From assembly GCF_046119375.1 (NCBI RefSeq), contig NW_027365966.1, positions 1-64,000 on the forward strand: DNA of 64,000 nt. Reading direction: 5' to 3'. Below the pieces are notes generated by a model that ran no database searches, was not told where the DNA came from, and worked only from the letters and a program-made list of their open reading frames with translations. This stretch comes from Phyllobates terribilis. Lineage: Eukaryota. The first letter of the stretch is position 1. Every line of letters begins with the position of its first letter. Both the position numbers and the translations under genes were made by a program. This document shows, piece after piece, positions 1 to 12,100 of this stretch.

Positions 1-1610
1 AGCAAACATCAATTCCTCAAAAATCCCTTGAACGTCTTCATTGTCAAAGGGGCATTTCTTTTGCCTCCTCTATTCAAGAGTAGGCTTTTTTGTTTTTTCA
101 TTAGCTCTTCCTCGATCATTGGCTCTAGAATGGCCTTCATTAGAGGGACTGGCTATTAGGCTTAATAAAAGTAGTCATAGTCTCGCCTTTTACTTGTGGT
201 TGTCGTCCCTCTTAATCTCATTCAATTGAGGACGACTTGAGATGGCCTTACGCCTAGCAAGCTAGCGCTCGACATTACATGCCTTCGATACTAAATCATC
301 GAAGGATGTTGGTTCTGCATTTCGAACATGCACTGCCAACTCAGGAACCGGATTGTTGGTGCACATTTGAACGCATGTTGGTTTACTTAACTTCTCGGGA
401 CATTGCAATCTCAAACTTCTCCACCTTGAAATGAAGGCATTTTCAAGGTCCGTGGTTGAAACCTTGGCTTTTGAGCTTACGAATTGGGCCAAGAATCCCC
501 TTTCAAGATCGCCCAAGTTCGGGTCGATTCAGATTGTAATTGTGTGTACCATGTGAATGTCGAACCTTTCAAAGACTGGACAAACTGCTTGATTAACAAT
601 TCATCACTTAATGCAGTCTCTCCACTTGCAGAATAAAAGTGAGAAAGATGCTCATTTGGAGAACCATGAATGCCATCAAATTTATCAAAACTCGGTCGTT
701 GGTATCCGGAGGAAAGGGGGCCGAATCAAAATGTGTAGGACATGGATTTCCGTATTCCAAAGTAGGTGGGTTTTGAGACATTTGAAACTCTTGAACTTCT
801 TGTGAGGTAATACTCGTGTTACTAGTTGCCACATCATCATTTATCATGGGATTGTTGCTCCTACTCTCGTTATTGTGATTGGACACGTGAGTCACGAGCG
901 ATGCTATTTGAGCATCTTTTTGGTTTTGCAACTCCCGTGGTTGATATTCAATGGTGCGAGTATCGTTGGTTAATACCGACATGCCTCATCTTGTAGGACA
1001 ATAGCGGTCTTTGACTTAGAAGTCACTGGTGGAAATTTCTCTTCTTGAAAAATAGTGTCGGGTTTCCATATAATCGGGAAACAAAAGTCTCTTATGCCAA
1101 ATATTTTCAGATCAACATAGGCGGAGGCGGAGAGGATGCTCGTGAGACCATGCCTGCATAAGAAGGGTCCTTAGCCTTTGACCTAGTAATTGCCCCCTCA
1201 TACTGATGGGACCCTACTGAATGTGAAGATGAACCCCCTGCTTTGAGAGAGTCTTTTTTATTGGTAGGCATCTGCTCAACTTTGTTAGCAAACTGATCTC
1301 CTTGAACTGTTTTAGACTTTTCAGTCTTGATTATTTTAATTTTAGAGGCCTTAAATGGAATCTCCTCAGCATAAGAAGTCATGTTGACATCTTCCACCCC
1401 TCCTATGTAAATAGAAATGGACCCTATGTAAATCTGGGTCGGGGTAATCATAGGAGGGACGATTATTGTTTCCCTTGGTGTAAAGAGTTCACTGGCCGCC
1501 TCACTTAGGGTCTTTTTTTTGCCAACTCCAGCATGGCAGAATTTGCCAAGCGACGAGATGACCCACCCTCTTTGACCTAGTCCTGTTGATTTTTTTGGCT
1601 TGGAGTTCAA
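1..1610 (-). mobile_element. Ty3/gypsy LTR retrotransposon remnant (gag region, degenerate; runs off the left edge)
   Basis: Minus-strand translation across frameshifts (~240-760) reads YQRPSFDKFDGIHGSPNEHLSHFYSASGETAL...KQFVQSLKGSTFTWYTQL...WGDLERGFLAQF...RWRSLRLQCPEKLS...PTSFDDLVSKA, a Retrotrans_gag-type capsid. No LTR or PBS recognised upstream. Confidence 0.8.
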
Positions 1611-1633
1611 ATGGATCGGGTGATTTATAGGCT

Positions 1634-1981
1634 CATCACCCTTCTTGTGTAAATGTATACTTTTCCCATAATTATGGAGTCATAGTATGAAAGTAATTAC
1701 TTTCAATACAACGCCGAGAAAGAGAAAAAAATCATTGGAGTAAATTGCTCGAAAGTAATTACTTTTGAGAATTCTACAGAATTTTCATATAATGTAGAGG
1801 CTTTTGAAAGTAATTACTTTCTAACCAAATACAAAGAAATCTTATTTAAATCAGGATGATTTTATTTACTATAAAAAACTTAAGGTAAAACATAATGGTC
1901 AAAATATGAAGGATATATCATGAAATCACCCTTAAAGGCTTAATCATATTTTTATAAAATCAAAATCAAACGAGGGTGATG
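1634..1981. mobile_element. Possible MITE (Tourist/PIF-like) carrying three copies of the palindrome GAAAGTAATTACTTTC
   Basis: Inverted ends CATCACCCT (1634-1642) and AGGGTGATG (1973-1981), the right one preceded by CAAACG. The 16-bp palindrome occurs at about 1689, 1751 (last base differs) and 1806. AT-rich interior; no TSD found. Confidence 0.45.
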
Positions 1982-4202
1982 TATAATAAACTGGCCCTGC
2001 CATCATCGCCTTGTAAGGAAGATGCAAGGGGAGATGCTCCATAGAGTCGGCAAAACTGGGCAGGAAAATACGTTCCAGCTTGCACAGTATTTTTGGGATT
2101 TCAAGATCTAGACGATGCATGTCCTATTCTGTCAGTGAGGTGGAAGTTAACTCCTTGAAGAAGATACTTGACTCCGCTAACGGCTCCCACACATCTTTCG
2201 GTAGAATCTCCAGAAGAGCGATTGGCAGAAGTCGTTGCATAAAAACATGGCAATCATGACTTTTGATCTCATGCATTTTCAGATTGTTAGGATCGACACA
2301 TCTGGACAATTTGGACACGTACCCGTCTGTAAACTTTATTTTCTGTATCCACTAAAGTAAGACTCTTTTTTAATCCCTATCCAATGCATACTTGGCCTTC
2401 GGAAACTTCTCAGTCGCCCTATCTTTAGCTAGCTCAGGCCGATCACGGATCTCATTCAGTTCTTCCCTGGATTTTTCATTGTCTTTTGTTTTCCCAAGGA
2501 CATTGAGCACAGTATTGAAAACATTATCAAACACGTCTTTCTCAATATGCATGACATCTAAATTATGTTGAATGACATTCGTACCCTAGTAAGGCAAATC
2601 CTTGAAGATGCTTTTCTTATTCCATCCATGTTTTTTAGACAATAAAGCATTATGATTTTCCGCCCCAGGTTCATATGCCTTCTTAAACCCCAAACGATCC
2701 AGCACATCTAACATTTCAGCTCCAGTTCGCACCTCCGTAAGCCTTTTTTGCTCTTGTTTGCCTTTAAGAAAATCAGTGACATTTTTTGCGAAATGAATGA
2801 CGCAGAGGCAAAAACTTTTGGGAGCAATCAAACCATGACTGTTTACCACTCTTGGGCAGCGTGGATGCATCTATCTCTTCCATGCAATAAGAGCAGACTT
2901 GTCTACCAGCAGTGCTCCATCCAGACAACATAAAATATGTGGGGAAATCATTAATTGTCCACATAAGAGTCGCTTTGAGCTGAAAATTTTGTCGTTTATG
3001 AACATCGTATGTTGTGACCCCACACTCACATAACTGGTTTAACTCTGCAATCAACGGTTGTAGAAATATATCCATTTGTTGCTTCGGATTTCTAGGACCC
3101 GAGACCAACATCGTCATAAACATATCATCCTTCATGTACATGCGTGGGGGGAGATTGTATGGTGTTAAGATGACCGGTCATGATGAATATTGCTGCCCGA
3201 AGATGCTGAATGGCTGAAACCCATCGAAGCATAAGCCTAATCTGATATTTCGTACTTCATCGGCAAAATCGGAATGCATCTCACTAAAACGTTTCCATGA
3301 CGGAGAGTCGGACGGGTGACACATCTTGTCACCAACCATGTGATGGTCTGCGTGCCACGTCATATGTTGGACAGTTGCTTTCGAAGCATACAATCTTTGT
3401 AGCTTGGAGTTATTGGAAAATAAAACATTTTCCGATACGAAACTCTAGCCTTGCTTCTTTTTTTATTTGCCTTGCGTCACTAGTTTCCACTGCGGTTGAC
3501 CACAAACTTTGCAATCCGTTCTATTTGTGTCTTCCTCCACCCAATAAATCATACAGTTTCGGATACAACAATCAATAGCCTCAACCGGCAACCCCAAAGC
3601 CTTAACCAACTTGTTTATGTTAGCAAAATCCGTTGGCATCTTGTTATCCTCCGGGAGCAGCTCTTGTATGAACACACACGTGTCGTCCATTAAACTTATT
3701 GAACTCTGATTACAACACTTGATATCCATCATGTTAGCAAATGTAAAAAACGGGGAGTGTCTGTTGTTACCAGACCATATTTCTTGTTCGACCACTCTCA
3801 TCATATCAAAAAATTATGAGATTCTGCATTCAGGGGCTCATCTTTCTGGAAGACTACTTCTTGATCGGCAGCATCATGTATCATTCTATGATTAGATGCG
3901 AACTCAACTCCCTCGACATCATTCTCCGGTACGGCATGTTGTTGTCCTCCAGGATTCAACGCGGTCCCCTCGCCATGAAAAAACCATACTTGGTAATCTT
4001 TTACAAACCCATTCTTCAAAATATGTAATTCTACATCATCAGTGTTGTGGTAGCTTTTATTTCTACAAGCATTCTTAGAACATGGGCATTTAATCTGCAC
4101 TCCACTCATACAAGCTGTATGACATCGGGCAAACTGGATAAACTCTTTCACTTTTTCGGGAAATCCTGGGGTTAACAACCCCCTCGTGAGTCTCTGATAC
4201 AT
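1982..4202 (-). pseudogene. CACTA Tnp2-family transposase (transposase-associated domain, Transposase_21, DUF4218), disrupted
   Basis: ORF pieces KCPCSK...CRN...VELHILKNGF...W..HGE; MTWHA...MCHPSDSPSWK...DFADEVRNIRLGL..DGFQPF; LWTINDFP-like MWTINDFPTY..LSGWST; MHIEKDVFDN; KSHDCHVFMQRLLP; LERIF..SF.DSMEHLP.HL at ~2000-2090. Several stops and frameshifts. Confidence 0.9.
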
Positions 4203-4399
4203 TCAACTACGGTCTTGATTCATCTTTGTAGCACGGTTAATTAGATGACAATTCACATCTAATCATCTTTATTATCTTAATTACACCTTCCCTAATTTAT
4301 TTTATTGTGTCACATGTGTAACATGTACACCGATAATCAGGATTAATCCTAATTCTCATTTTGATATTTTAAAAATATTAGAATATTAAATTCAGAAAT

Positions 4400-5200
4400 C
4401 ATATTTATTCCTAAATCCACAAAAAATTTAAAATCCATAAAAATTCTCAATCCATGATTATGTAGAAATTCTCTATATAATTCTAATTCCATGATTATAT
4501 CTATATAATCATAAATCCACAAGAATATAATAATTTTCAACATAAATCATATATATCTTTAAATTAACAAAAATTCTAATTTCATAAAAATCCTAAATTC
4601 ACAAAATTCCTAAATTCACAAAAATTCTAAATCCATAAAAGATCTATATTCTAAAAATCCTTAAAAAATAGTTTTAAAAACTCTATATAATTCCTAAAGA
4701 ATTATATATAATTCCCAAATAATCCTATATAATTCATTAAAAATCCTATATAATTCATAACTCTATATAATTCCTAAAACATTATATATAATTCCTAAAC
4801 AATCATATATAATTCATTAAAAAACCTACATAATTCATTAAAAATTCTATATAATTACTAAAAAATCCTATATAATTCCTAAACAATTCATAAAAAATCC
4901 TTTATAATTTCTAAAAATAAAAAATCATTTATAATTTCTAAAACATTCTATATAATTCTATAAAATTCCTTTATATAATTCTATATAATTCCTAAAAATA
5001 TTAAATAATTCCCTAAAAATTGTATATAATTCTATATAATTCATAGATAATTCTATATAATTTCTAAAAATTCTATATAATTCTAAAAATCCTATATAAT
5101 TCCTAAATAATTCTATATAAATCTATATAATTCATAAATAATTCTATATAATTCCTAAAAAAATCTTATATAATTCATAAAAAAAACTATATCGAAACAA
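4400..5200. repeat. Degenerate AT-rich short tandem repeat (AATTCTATAT / AATTCCTA units) in the CACTA 5' intron
   Basis: Many imperfect copies of ATAATTCTATAT / AATTCCTAAA visible throughout. Confidence 0.8.
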
Positions 5201-5887
5201 TTTATATAACAAATTTTTGAAAAAGATCACATAACAGGTGGTGAGGCGCCGCCGAAGGAAGAAGAGGAGCAAAGGTGGAGGTGCGCGGGGTGAATCGGTT
5301 GTTGGAGGGGCGGGGCGAATCCAGGCGGGGCGACTGTTGGGGCGAATCCGGGCACTGGTCTCCTCAAGCGCGGGCGAATCCGGCTGTTTCACGCGGGTGG
5401 GGCGGCTGCTGGGGCGGGAATTGAACGGAGACAGGCACGGTGGTCTCCTCAGGCACGGGCAAAGGGGAGGGAGAGAGGAGGACGAAAAGGAGGGAGAGAA
5501 GAGGAGGAAAAGGAAGGTTGGGAAGAGGAGAGGAAAAGGAGGTGTCCATTGCGGCAGAAATTTGGAAGCAAAAGCGAAATAGGCAACCTAAGATTAGCGA
5601 CGGAAATTCGTCGCTAATCAATCAGGTTTTGAGGTTTCTGACAATATGTGCGACGGATATGCATATCCGTCGCGAAATCCGTCGCCATTATGTTGGGTTA
5701 TGTTGCATTATGTTGCATTATGTTGCTTTGCACTGGACTAGAATGAAGACATAAGAATATAAACATTATAAGAGTATTTGACATTACATTTAGTATAATT
5801 ACGTATTGGAAATCTTACAATTGGTATTTAGTTTGTTAAACTATATAGATAGCACCAAACACGTATGAATCTAACAGCTCGACTACC

Positions 5888-8800
5888 ATGGGGGATCAAA
5901 TTTATGGACAATCATATGTTCCTGACTTATACGAAAGCCTAGATCAAATACAACTCCCAACTGTGTGCTGGGACGACCTACAACCTCAGGTGCCTTACTT
6001 GGACTACACTGATGTTCCACAGAAACTTGTAGATAACTCATCCAATTGGCCAATCCCCAAATTCAGTCTTGGCTTCACGGATGACGAAGATAGTCCCCCT
6101 AGGAAAAGTTTTCAGCCAAGCTACCCATGCCATAGTGTTCCAGATCCAGGTACATAATTGTGGGAATGGCCACCCCTTTACACTCTCCCGCAGTTCAAAA
6201 ACGTTGCTACGTCTGCAACTATCACATTAGTGAACTACAAGGAGTTCTTTGTCACAAATGAAGTTTTCGATAATAGAGATGAATTATCGCGTGGGCCAAG
6301 GGGGAAGCGAAGAGACTTAATTTCATGCTTGTCAACTACAAGGTAGAAAAAGGTTGTAAGGGAAGAAGGTCTATCACATGGTTAGCATGCCAGAGAAGAG
6401 GTAAAAGCACACCAACCAAATCCCCTAGTGAGAAAGTCAGATACAGAGTGAGACAATGTGATTGCCCATTCCTCATACAAGTATTTGAAGAGTCGCTGGA
6501 CCGATGGAATGTTGTTTTCCGCAAGGGAACCCACAACCACGTCATTAGCGACAACCTACATGGTAATGCATACGCTGGACGTCCCACTAAGGAAGAGTTG
6601 AACTGATGAAAGAGATGGACGAAGTTCATGTACAACCGAGGTATGTACTGGGAATGTTGTCGAACCCAGACAATGTGACAAGTATTAAGCAAATTTACAA
6701 CATCAGTCAGAAGTTAAAGAGAGAAGGAATGGAAGGACGAACCGTTGTGCAAGAGTTCTTCAAGAAGTGCAAGGAGAACGAATATTATGTGGAGTACACG
6801 TTCGATCTTGAAACAAACAAGATCAAGGACGTGTTCTTTGCAAGCCCGGTGGGATACGACTTCTAAGGGCATTTTCGTACGTTATTCTGCTAGAATCCAC
6901 GTACTCGACTAATGTGTAAGTCCATCTCCCCGAATTCATGTTTTGTATTATGTCAAATCAATTTATGTTGTTTTCAATTTCCTTTTTTTGTACAGGTACA
7001 ACAGTCCCTTCTTGGAGATTGTCGGTGTCACATCGACGTGGAAAAATTTCAACGTCGCCAAAGCATTCCTTGCCCACGAGGAAACCGAGAACTACGCATG
7101 GGCTATAGAGCAACTTGCAAAGTTGTTCTTGAAAGTGAAACAACAACCAACTTGTCTGGTGACAAATAGGGAGGCTGCGTTGATGAATCCAGTATACAGT
7201 ATGTTTCCAAACGCTAAATTCTTGCTTTGCAGGCTTCACGTGCAATGCAACATCAAGTTGTTTGCGAGGAAGCTCACCGACAAGGCCAGAGCGACTAGAG
7301 CGCAAATGCGTACAGGGACCTGTTCTATTGCACTACAGAATCGGACTACAATGCCAAGTACGAGAAACTGTTTAACCACTGGCGTGGCCTACCAAGGTTA
7401 TATTCTTATGCCTAAAAAACTTGGTTCAAACCTCACAAGGAGAAGCTTGTCGCTGCATGGACAGATGACGCATTCACCCTTGGGCAAAACACGACAAACC
7501 GATAAACATCAATTCACGTTTTCATTTACATACCGCAATGACATTCTAATCTCGAAACATCTTTTGTGAATGAAACATCATTGAAGGTGCGCATTCAGTG
7601 TCGAAGAAATACTTGTCTGGACCGAACGACAACTTGTCAACCATCTTTGCCGAGTACCATATGTTGCTGCGGAACCAAGCTCGGGAGATTAAGGGCATCT
7701 TGAATATGAGTTTAGAGACACGGTTCAAGCTCATAGATGGTGCTCACATATTCAACCTGTTGCACTACAGGGTTTCAGCACCAACTTTTAACCGTCTAAT
7801 GGACGAGTACAAGAACGGGCAATTTTCAAAGCCGAAACCATATTGTAGATGCACAAACATGACCAGGGACGGGCTCCCCTGTTACCACGTCATTGGAGCA
7901 TATGTGCACACAAGGCATGCCTTACCATTACAAGCAATTCATATATTTTGGATAACTCTATCCATTTCTGATGTTCTCGAGATCATTGATGACGAGAAGA
8001 TCAAGAGGAAGGTGAACAGATCTTTGATGGACGATTTTGCAGGAGAGGAGTTCGAAAAGTTTTCAGTGGATGATCAGCTGAAGGCTGTAAGAATATTAAA
8101 CAAGATAATGCATCCGGAAGAGACGAAGCTTGATGAGCCCGCAAACTTAAAGCACAAGGATAGACGGTTGGTGCATTGAACAAAAGACTATCGTGTGCAT
8201 GGGAGAGTTCAGATGTAGACAAGGACTAGACACCACCGAAGAATCATAAGAACAACACGAGGAGGACTAAAAATCCCAATGAACCCGGCCAGCTGTCAAA
8301 AGGGCCGAGACTACTTGTCAACAGAAAATATCACAAGGTGTGGCCTCGGTGTATGGGACAGTCGATCCAAGATTGGTACAAGATTGTCTCTGACGGAAAC
8401 TGTGGATATAGATCCATATCTCTTGACCTTGGTATGGACCAAGATTATTGGGGACATATAAGAGATGCTTGGGAGGTTCAAAGCAAGTTGATATTTTCAT
8501 CGATCACTCAGGAACAAATGATTGACAAGTTGAACAGGCAGTGGTCTTGGCCGACTACTCCGTCATGGAAGTGGTCTACTATTCCTGATATGAGCACGAT
8601 TGTTGCAACAACTTTCAATATAGTGTTGGTAATTCTCGGCGAAAACAATAGCAGCACTCACTTGCCGATACGTGCAACACCAAACCATGTGTCCGGTCAA
8701 CATATCCCAATTATATGTCTAGGCCACATACTACTTGAGCAACACTTGGTTTCAGTAAGTTTATTACATTCATAACAATTACAATTTTTAGAACTACGTT

Positions 8801-9029
8801 GTATTGTACTCGTAACAATTTTCCGATGTCCATTTCTATTACACAGGTTGTCATTCATCCCAACTCGCCCCTCCCTCCACTAAATGTATTTTGTGGAACT
8901 ATCATCACGAACCTTCAGCCAATGAAATGGTTGTGCCTTTACTTCCCCGGTTTGGAGCTTATGAGTTTGATGCGGCAGATAGACATATACAAGCTGGACG
9001 TCGTAGGAAACAACATAGTACTCATGTAG
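5888..9029 (+). pseudogene. MULE transposase with SWIM zinc finger and C-terminal OTU-like cysteine protease domain, disrupted
   Basis: GTHNH...LHGNAYAGRPTKEE; KIKDVFFASP; PFLEIVGVTST...ENYAWA...LVTNREAALMN...FP..K.LLC..HV (MULE domain); CRCT...GLPCYH (SWIM); IVSDGNCGYRSIS...W..IPDMS.IVA..FN (OTU-like). GT-AG intron ~6915-6995; multiple stops. Confidence 0.85.
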
Positions 9030-9176
9030 ATGTCGGTGACGATGGTGATGTTTGACCATGTAATATTAAGTTCTGTAGTGATTGTTTATGTTTGTTGTTG
9101 TCATTCCCCACATTATCTTGATTACATGGTATTCCTAGTGAATGAAGCCCATTACAACTAACACTCAAGAAAAACG

Positions 9177-12100
9177 CACTAGTATAGAAAATCATTTAGA
9201 CAACGGTTAAAATCAGGCACGGATAATGGTTTTTGAGTTGTTGTCTTGGAAAAGCGCGGTCTTTGTGAACACAACGGTTCAATTATTAACGGTTATCTTA
9301 GACAACGGTTAACAACAGTTGTGTAAAACAATTAAAATTAAAATTTTCTAAAAATCTGTATAACTATTGTCTTAACTCTTTTGACCGTTTTCTAATCTTT
9401 AGACCAGGGGTAAATTTTTATTTTCTAAGTTATTTTGTCCGTTGTCTTTGTTGTGGTCTTACAAACTAATAACAACGGTTAATTTGTCTAAGACAATTCT
9501 AATCTTTAAATTTTTTTAATTAATATTTATTTATAGAACATCTGTAAATTATTTAATTATAGAACATTGATACTAATCATTACAAAAACGCCACATATAT
9601 TGACGATATTTTATCATCATGGTGTAGTGCTGGGAGATTCTCTATCAATAGAGCTTATGAGGAGATCAAGAATCGGATTGAGGAAGTTCCATGGAGATGA
9701 GAGGTTTGGCCGGTTCATGGTACTCCCATACATAGCTTTATCCTTTGGTTGGATACTCTGGGGAGGCTATCCACATATGATCGTCTCTTATTCTTGAATG
9801 AGGACCATGGCTATAGATTTTGTGACGCTGGGCTTGAGACACATGATCGTCTTTTCTTTGAGTGTCCCTTCTCTGCTGGTATCTGGAGAGAGATTTGCTC
9901 GAGGTTTGGGATCCTGGTTGTGACGATTTGCATTGTTGATTCCCTCATGTGGTTACGGACTCTCTCGGCGGGTTCGAGATGCTGGCGTCGTGCGCGGGTT
10001 TATGCTCTTTCTGCTACAGTATATCACATCTGGCGAGCTAGGAATGAGTGGATTTTTTAGCGTATTAGGGTCCCGAACGCTATGATTACTCGTATGGTAT
10101 AGGTTCATGTCTTTCGACTCCTATATGCGCACTTTCCAGAGGAGGGTTTGAGATTATGAGGATGTTTGTTTTGTTTTTGGATTGTATGGTTGTTGTTTTT
10201 GCTTTGGTTTCATGACATTGACTTTTTGTTGTCCGGGTGTAGGGGTGCTCTTTTTCCTCTTCCTGGGTTTTTCCCACTAAGCTTGGTTTTTTCCAACATG
10301 GGATTTTAATGAGGCCCGGGGTTGCTTCTCGCCCTGCTCGTATAGTTGCGACCTTGTTTTGTTGTTGGTTTTGCCTTTTATCTTCCTTGGATTTTCACAG
10401 CTTGGAGGGGTTTCTCTCCCTTCATATGTGTTTGGTTCAGTTTTGCTTTGTATCTCTCTTCCCTTTATAAGGCTATACATCCGATTTTACCTCTGGCAAA
10501 AAAAAAAAAGTAAAAAATGTATTACAAAGTTATATGTAGAGAAGTCAACCAAGTTCCTGATGGATCAAGGTTCTAATCAATTTTAAAATTACAATCAACT
10601 TAAAAATAGATATGTTCATAGAAGATGTAGTGTTGACATCAAGCTAGCCAAGATAATCCAGTGAGAAAAAGAAATCACTATGACCTTAACACCAATATCA
10701 GCATTCAAGCTAAATTAGAAGAGAAAAAAATAGCTAAGAAAATCAGATTTCTGCAGCCAGATGAACTTCTCCATTTTCACACTTTAATCCCTAACAACCT
10801 ACATTCTCACTTGTAAACCAACAAAACATGTATTGAATTGTACCAAGAAAAGCTAAAAAAACTCACAAGAATAGATTTCAGACTTTTGGTAAAACAATTA
10901 ACTCAAAAGCATCCGACATGATGCTACATGACTTTCTGAAGAGTACAAACAGATCAATTCAGAAACATATATGCCAAAAAAATAAGTTAACTCAAGCTCA
11001 TTCATCATACGATTTCATGTTTCCATCTATCACACATAGTCACACCAGTCATACAATTGGTTGAACTATCAACAAAAGAGCTCAACTCTATTACCTTGTC
11101 AATAGGAGCATATATTATAGAATTTCAAAATAGAAGTATGATAGAAAAATTATGAAAAGTTCAATGAAGTTCAGGTTTCTTACAAAAATTCAGAAAAATA
11201 GAAGTATGACATCTTTCCAGTAAACTGAGAAGCAAAAGTTCTATATCAGTGAAGTTAGGGTTTCTTACAAAAATTCAGCAAAGTTCAGATTTTTTGATGT
11301 CATTGTTTACTGAACTTCCAAAAACAAGAAACTTATAAGTCATATTGTATTCCCCACCACTCACCAAGATAATAAGAAGAGAACTTAAAAGTCAGTTATC
11401 TTGAAACTTGCATAAACTCTTGTTAAGAATCTTATACCGCAAACAAATTCACCTAGACTTTGATAGACTTAGTTCTATAGCATTCTTATCCTACTATATT
11501 TTCTATGGCACTGAGGCAGTATTTCACTCTAATCAGGATCTTGACTTCTAAAATAATCATGACCACAACATGTTGCATCCACGTTTAGCACCTAATCTAC
11601 AATTGATGTTATTCTCAGATCATAAACTAATCCCCATCCCCAATTATTTAATAATTATCAATTTTATATAAGCATTAAGTGAATATGAAAATTTACAATT
11701 AGTTGACCTCATTGCAGATTGTATAGTCCAAATAATAACTATCCAATGCTAAAAAACTAACATGATAACAACTATAACTCTTTATGTTGCATCTCATATT
11801 TTACATATTGTATAGGTTTGTAATCTGATCAGTTGATTACCATCTTATGTTTTACTACATAATGTATATATTCAGAAGTTTCTCAGTTTTAAACGTTGAA
11901 AGATCACAATATTCAAAAGTACTAGAAGTAGAATGTCTAATTGGATCATATACAAACTTAATTGAACATCACAAACTCGGAAGAAAGTACCGGATGACAG
12001 ATCATAGACCTCAAGCACTTCACTGATTATGACTTTACTGTGTGATAATGCAGCTATCTGTTGCTTTTTCGTTAGGGATATTTCTTGATTATCAAAGGTG

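Larger units (their letters stand above)
1982..5686 (-). mobile_element. CACTA (En/Spm) DNA transposon, truncated at both ends
   Basis: Tnp2-type transposase remnants 1982-4202, an AT-rich 5' intron and a GC-rich leader. Subterminal GCGACGGA/TCCGTCGC motifs at ~5597-5686. The terminal TAGTG is missing. Confidence 0.85.

Noticed and set aside
5144-5754. Overlapping Arg/Gly/Pro-rich ORFs
   Set aside because: By-products of the GC-rich, low-complexity CACTA leader.
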